A DNA stretch of 40,142 nucleotides from Nemertoderma westbladi (lineage: Eukaryota > Animalia > Xenacoelomorpha), in assembly GCA_032718475.1 (NCBI GenBank), contig JAUCBJ010001065.1, positions 1 through 40,142 on the forward strand. Reading direction: 5' to 3'. The notes under the pieces were generated by a model that did not search any database, had not been told where the DNA came from, and saw only the letters and a list, made by a program, of their open reading frames with translations. The translations under genes and the position numbers were made by a program. Of this stretch, positions 33,979 to 40,142 are shown in pieces (the stretch's first letter is position 1; every line of letters starts with the position of its first letter).

Positions 33979-34359
33979 TTATACTTATATCAAAGTGTGA
34001 TATATTTTATCACAGGTTTCGTCACGACCACCAACCCCCCCCCCCCCCCCCCCCCCCCGTCATGTAACAGGTCTAGAATAACTTTGTAGATTTTCAGTTT
34101 GAAAACCAACATAAATAAATATACTAAATTCAGCCTTCTCCAGGGGAAATTGGACGCAAATAACAGTTGATTATGAGCAAAAATCAAATAATAACCTGTG
34201 TCATAGACTCTCGTTTATTGTTTTGGTAAGACTAGTCTGGCTCTATAACGAGCTCTTTTCTCTAAATTGATAACTAATATTGCTGAAACGCCAAGGAGTA
34301 TTGTGTGTCCATCCCCCCCCCCCCCCCCCCCCTCTCAATCCAGCAGTTATAGTATTATA
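33979..34359 (+). repeat. Direct repeat copy 2 (without the SINE-like insertion)
   Basis: Collinear with 29367-29990; ends where the adjacent HINE-like element begins. Confidence 0.85.
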
Positions 34360-35433
34360 CAAGCTGGCAAGCCTGGAAGGTTCACGGTCCTCCTACTTAA
34401 TCAGTACAATAATAATACGTTTTCGTTCGGGTAGGCCTATGTTTCCTTTTCACTTGTTCCCATCGTACAGTCGTAGGCGACCTCATGCTCCTGTGCTCAT
34501 CCCACCACGACCACGACCACCAGTTACGAGTTGGGTAGGCGTCTACCGGCAACCGGTAAGTAATTACGCGCCACACGACGTCATCCCGCCATCCGCCAAC
34601 ATTTATACCGGTACGGTAAGCCTACCACCTACCGGCTGGCTACCATCGCACCGTAGGTCTACCGCCTACGCCTACCGGTCAACCGGTAACGGTAGGCTAC
34701 CGCGTACCGGTACAGCGGTACTCAAAGTCGTACCGGTATTGTCGTAATTGACAAATGCAGGATTAAACCGTAACCCGTTCCAGTACCGGTACCATATGCA
34801 TCTGAACGACTGGACGGTTAATCTCATAGCATAGCTGCATAGGCCTACTGGTAGTCAGTGCGAAGTCGCCTGCGAACATGGCGAAATATTATATTTACTG
34901 CTAGGGCTAGGCTAGGACCTACTGCTGTACTGACCTATGACAGTATGAAGATAGGCAGATAGGCCTACAGTGGTCAGGTAGTACCGGTCCGGTATGCCTA
35001 CTACAGGCAGACAATCAGACAGTACTAGCAGTGCTAATTAATTACCTTAATTAAATCTTCAATTAGGTCATAATGTAGGTCCAAATTTAAAAATCGGCCT
35101 CCGTTAATCGATTTACAAATAATTCAGGTACCTCCATGCCAAATATCAGAATCATTCATTGCGTTCCCTATGACAAGATAGCTTTTTCCTAAACCATGCG
35201 AAAACACGCAAATATAGCGCTCACATCGCACAAATACCATCTCGACACCCAATTTTTTGTATGAGCCTTCGCCATCCCTATATCTAACTTTTGTCCAAAT
35301 TTTGTTTCGATTGATTAATAAATAACTGAGATATCGCTCTGGACACACACACACACACACACACACACTAACACACACACACACACACATTACGGTAATA
35401 ATGGTCACCTATGTCAAGGACCGTGAACCAAAA
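34360..35433 (-). mobile_element. Non-autonomous Helentron-type (HINE/DINE-1-like) element, ~1.07 kb
   Basis: Perfect 13 bp inverted repeats GGTTCACGGTCCT (34379-34391) and AGGACCGTGAACC (35417-35429). The minus-strand 5' end TTTTGGTTCAC...GGTGACC is followed by (GT)n, and there is a short extension beyond the 3' subterminal repeat. Confidence 0.65.
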
Positions 35434-35439
35434 TAGCCT

Positions 35440-37200
35440 TTTCACCATAAAAAGGTCGCGTATAGCCCTGCTGCACCTCATTTATGGTAAAAGGTATTAA
35501 ACAAATTAATGCAAAGGCCATAAATAATATATGGCAAAAGCTGGTTTATTTCTTGTGATTCACCATAAAATATTTACGGCAAAATAGGAGCTGCTCTGCT
35601 ATAATATAGGCGGTAAACCTCTATAATAAAGTTATGGCGAAAATCTGTGGATTTCCTGGTTCGCCATAAAATAATTATGGTGAAATTGACCCTGCTGTCT
35701 TTAGTTCACCATGGAACATGTTATGGCTAAAATACGTTTATATCTGGTGATTCACCATGTACATGCTATGATTTTTGCTATGGGGGTATTCCTGGTCACT
35801 GATTTCATTTCGAGGTCAGTTTTCACTTTTAGTGAAATCTAGTTTTTCTGTATGTCTCTCTGTCGGTCTTTCGGACTATCCGACAATCTATCCGTCGAAT
35901 ATGAAGGTCACACCATCGAGGTCAAAGTTTAGTTATAGGGGTTTTCCTGTTCGCAGAATTCATTTCTATTGTCAGTTTTATCGTTTGATGATTTCCAAGT
36001 TGTCTGTTTGGCTGTCTGTTATATTTTGACGGACAGACATACAAACAGAAACGACAAGGCCAAATTTGAATACTGACATCAGAAATGAAGTCACCGACCA
36101 AGAAAACCCATATAGGAATTTTTTTAGACAGATAGTATTCTTTTTATTGACGGGCAGACCGACAGTCCATCGGATAGAGAACCATTTCGAGAAGTATGAC
36201 AGATCTTGCTAAACCGTTTTCAAATTTGGAATCTTGATATAAATCTGTTCTAGATGAAATATGGAAAACTTTTTTTAAAACTAAATAAACTAATATTGCA
36301 ATTCATTGTTACACAAATTGACAAATAACATAGTAAACAATAACATGACAAATAACGTGTTAACAAATATTGCAATACTTCTTAACTAAAATTTTCGATA
36401 TGGGGGGTTTCTGGGGTGGTGATTGTATTTCCGATGTCAGTTTTGACGTTTGATGAATTCCAGTCTGTCACTCTGGCTGTTTGTCGGTCAATCTGTCTGT
36501 CTGTCAGTCAATAATTAAGGAAACACACTACCGAACTGAAATTTAGGTTATGGGGGTTTTCCTGGTCGGTGATTTCAATACCGAAGTTAGTTTTGACGTT
36601 TGAAGAATTCCAGACTGTCTAACTGTCAGTCTATCTGTTTATCAGACAATCTGTCCGTCTGTCAGTCAAAATTTAGGAAAGGACACGACATCGCTAAAAA
36701 TTGATTTAAAGGGGTTTTCCTGGTCGGTGATTCCATTTCTGATGTCAATATTTAAATATATTGGCTTTGTATTGGGTCTGTATTCATGTCGGTCTGTCCG
36801 TCAAAATATAACAGACGGACAGACATCCTAATAGACCATTTAGAATCCTTTAACCGTTAAAACGGACATAAGAAATGGAATCATAGACCAGGAAAACCTC
36901 TACAACAACATTTTCAGTTGTGTATTTCATTCATTACTTTTTGACTGACAGACAGGCCAACAAACAGAAAGACAGACAGACAGACAGATAGACATGCAGG
37001 CAGGCAGGCAGAATGACAGACAATCTAGAATACATGAAACGTTGAGACTGACATTATAAATGTGATCACTAAACGGGAAAATTCCTACAGTATGGCAAAA
37101 TTGTACATTGCATGTTTCTTAAATTTTGTCAGACTGACCGACTGACAGACAAACAGACAGCTATAACTCGAGAGCTAAAATAGATCTCGCATTGTCGTTT
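35440..37200. repeat. Degenerate foldback-like repeat region
   Basis: 35440-35780 has alternating TTCACCATAAA and TTATGG(T/C)(G/A)AA motifs. 35780-37200 has ~150 bp units (GGGGTTTTCCTGGTCGGTGATT...TGACGTTTGA...(TGTC)n) in alternating orientation blocks that switch near 36030, ~36300 and 36800. Confidence 0.6.
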
Positions 37201-37423
37201 TCAGATTTGAAATTATTAATAAATATTATTAATTAGAAATATATTTATAAATTAAACTGAAATTAAACGAACTGACACCGACAGAAAATTTAATTTCGTT
37301 AAAAAAAATGGGAACACCTTGTAGAACATTGTTCTGAAATCTTCCAATAAAATAAATTGTATTTGCACTTGATAATAGAAACAATAAATAGCGGTATGAT
37401 TTTGTTGGAATGATTTGGTACAG

Positions 37424-37767
37424 ATATGAACAGAGAAGACGCACAACCTGCGCAGATGGAGTTGCCAATGATTGCCAGATGCTCCAATTGCACAGATGAT
37501 GAAGGCCGGGAAACCAAAAAAAGGAAAGCAATTGAGAGAGAGGAGTCACCTAAGAAAAGAAATCGCGTTTCAAATAAACGACCCTGGACTAAGGAGGAGA
37601 GGGAGGCCGTAATGAAAGGATTACGAGCTACAAAAACAACGGAACTCCCTGGAAAAAAGGTCATAGAGTCTATACGATCAACAACATTTCCCGTCTTAAA
37701 AGATAGAACTTGGAGAAATATAAAAGACTATATAAGAAATAACAAAAACTCGCTAGTGCAATTTTGA
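37424..37767 (+). CDS. Terminal exon encoding a basic NLS-like stretch and a Myb/SANT-like domain, probably transposon-derived
   Basis: KRPWTKEEREAVMKGL...LPGKKVIESI...PVLKDRTWRNIKDYIRN*. It is preceded by an acceptor-like GGTACAG| (37423) and followed by AATAAA signals (~37873, ~38024). No upstream exons were recognised. Confidence 0.6.
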
Positions 37768-38121
37768 TTGACAATTATGAACTCAAAAGAACTTAGATAA
37801 GTTTTTCCATAGTATTTCTTTGTTGTTGTCTTTATTACATTATAAATATTGTTAGGTCCGCGTAGCAAGGCAAATAAATATAAAATTGATGATTGATGTA
37901 CAATTAATACAACCTATTAAGCATTAAAGTTAGAATTATTTTCCATCGCAGAAATAATGTTGCCTTGTTGCTTGCATTTGTAAAATTTAAACTTTTAGAT
38001 TTATAAATTTAGTATAATCTAATAATAAACATTTTGTACATTAATAGTTTAAATGTTCTGTATGTTCTATATTCTACATTGAATAATTTATTAAATAAAT
38101 AAGAAACATTCGAAATTTAAT

Positions 38122-40142
38122 TGTTTCAACGGACCTCCAGACACACATCTTCCAATAATATGTCATCCCATCCCAGCTATTCTAGATTTAGTAATAAACC
38201 TAAGGTCCTCAATTCCGCTATGTTTCAACGGATCTCCAGACACACATCTACCAATAATATGTCATCCCATCCCAGCTATTCTAGATTTAGTAATAAACCT
38301 AAGGTCCTCAATTCCGCTATGTTTCAACGGACCTCCAGACACACATCTACTTATAATATGTCATCCCATCCCAGGTATTCTAGATTTACTAATAAACCTA
38401 AGGTCCTCAATTCCGCTATGTTTCACCGGACCTCCAGACACACATCTACCAATAATATGTCATCCCATCCCAGGTATTCTAGATTTACTAATAAACCTAA
38501 GGTCCTCAATTCCGCTATGTTTCAACGGACCTCCAGACACACATCTTCCAATAATATGTCATCCCATCCCAGCTATTCCAGATTTACTAATAAACCTAAG
38601 GTCCTCAATTCCGCTATGTTTCAACGGACCTCCAGACACACATCTACCAATAATATGTCATCCCATCCCAGCTATTCAAGATTTACTAATAAACCAAAGG
38701 TCCTTAATTCCGCTGTTTCAACGGACCTCCAGTCACACATCTACCAATAATATGTCATCCCATCCCAGCTATTCTAGAATTACTAATAAACCTAAGGTCC
38801 TCAATTCCGCTATGTTTCAACGGACCTCCAGACACACATCTACCAATAATATGTCATCCCATCCCAGCTATTCTAGATTTAGTAATAAACCGAAGGTCCT
38901 CAATTCCGCTATGTTTCAACGGACCTCCAGACACACATCTACCAATAATATGTCATCCCATCCCAGCTATTCTAGATTTACTAATAAACCAAAGGTCCTT
39001 AATTCCGCTGTTTCAACGGACCTCCAGTCACACATCTACCAATAATATGTCATCCCATCTCAGCTATTCTAGAATTACTAATAAACCTAAGGTCCTCAAT
39101 TCCGCTATGTTTCAACGGATCTCCAGACACACATCTTCCAATAATGTCATCCCATCCCATCCCATCCCAGCTATTCTAGATTTAGTAATAAACCTAATGT
39201 CCTCAATTCCGCTATGTTTCAACGGATCTCCAGTCACACATCTACCAATAATATGTCATCACATCCCAGCTATTCTAGATTTACTAATAAACCTAAGGTC
39301 CTCAATTCCGCTATGTTTCACCGGACCTCCAGACACACATCTACCAATAATATGTCATCCCATCCCAGCTATTCTAGATTTAGTAATAAACTTAAGGTCC
39401 TCAATTGCGCTATGTTTCAACGGATCTCCAGACACAAATCTACCAATAATATGTCATCCCATCCCAACTATTCCAGATTTACTAATAAACCTAAGGTCCT
39501 CAATTCCGCTGTTTCAACGGACCTCCAGTCACACATCTACCAATAATATGTCATCCCATCCCAGCTATTCTAGAATTACTAATAAACCTAAGGTCCTCAA
39601 TTCCGCTATGTTTCAACGGACCTCCAGTCACACATCTACCAATAATATGTCATCCCATCCCAGCTATTCTAGATTTAGTAATAAACCGAAGGTCCTCAAT
39701 TCCGCTATGTTTCAACAGACCTCCAGACACACATCTACCAATAATATTTCATCCCATCCCAGCTATTCTAGATTTACTAATAAACCTAAGGTCCTCAATT
39801 CCGCTATGTTTCAACGGATCTCCAGACACACATCTTCCAATAATGTCATCCCATCCCATCCCATCCCAGCTATTCTAGATTTAGTAATAAACCTAATGTC
39901 CTCAATTCCGCTATGTTTCAACGGATCTCCAGTCACACATCTACCAATAATATGTCATCCCATCCCAGCTATTCTAGATTTACTAATAAACCTAAGCTCC
40001 TCAATTCCGCTATGTTTCACCGGACCTCTAGACACACATCTACCAATAATATGTCATCCCATCCCAGCTATTCTAGATTTACTAATAAACCTAAGCTCCT
40101 CAATTCCGCTATGTTTCAACAGACCTCCAGACACACATCTAC
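38122..40142. repeat. 99 bp tandem satellite (>20 copies, runs off the right edge)
   Basis: Consensus TGTTTCAACGGACCTCCAGACACACATCTACCAATAATATGTCATCCCATCCCAGCTATTCTAGATTTACTAATAAACCTAAGGTCCTCAATTCCGCTA, period 99 (38122, 38221, 38320...), with occasional indel variants. Confidence 0.97.

Noticed and set aside
34280-34747. 155 aa Pro/Arg-rich ORF
   Set aside because: It starts at TTG, spans a poly-C run and an element junction, and is explained by local GC richness.
38121-39546. 33 aa repeat protein from the 99 bp satellite
   Set aside because: Recurrent 2 bp deletions break the frame; satellite artefact.

Overview
AT-rich, repeat-dominated eukaryotic genomic DNA, most likely from an invertebrate animal (inferred from the LINE relic, tRNA-derived SINE head, spliceosomal splice signals and microsatellites). 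The centrepiece is a minus-strand Helitron/Helentron-like rolling-circle element. An OTU protease ORF (28462-29004) is followed, after a single in-frame TAA, by a 2354-codon ORF (21397-28461) encoding Cys/His-rich regions, a HUH Y2 Rep domain, a Pif1-like SF1B helicase with unusual motif substitutions and a C-terminal SLX1-like GIY-YIG domain. Just downstream is a ~2.5 kb cassette bounded by ~270 bp inverted repeats. It holds 14 tandem ~130 bp units, each a long hairpin with two perfect AP-1 sites, and it interrupts a 49 bp satellite, with an exact 26 nt copy of the element's own helicase sequence near the left junction. A complete type III hammerhead ribozyme lies on the minus strand at 16188-16241, inside a ~410 bp insertion. 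The rest is tandem arrays (~1.71 kb, 49 bp, 12 bp and 99 bp units), a decayed CR1/L2-type LINE fragment, non-autonomous Helentron-like (HINE/DINE-like) elements and an orphan Myb/SANT-like terminal exon. Most short ORFs in the track are artefacts of the repeats. All calls are from reading the sequence; no searches were run.
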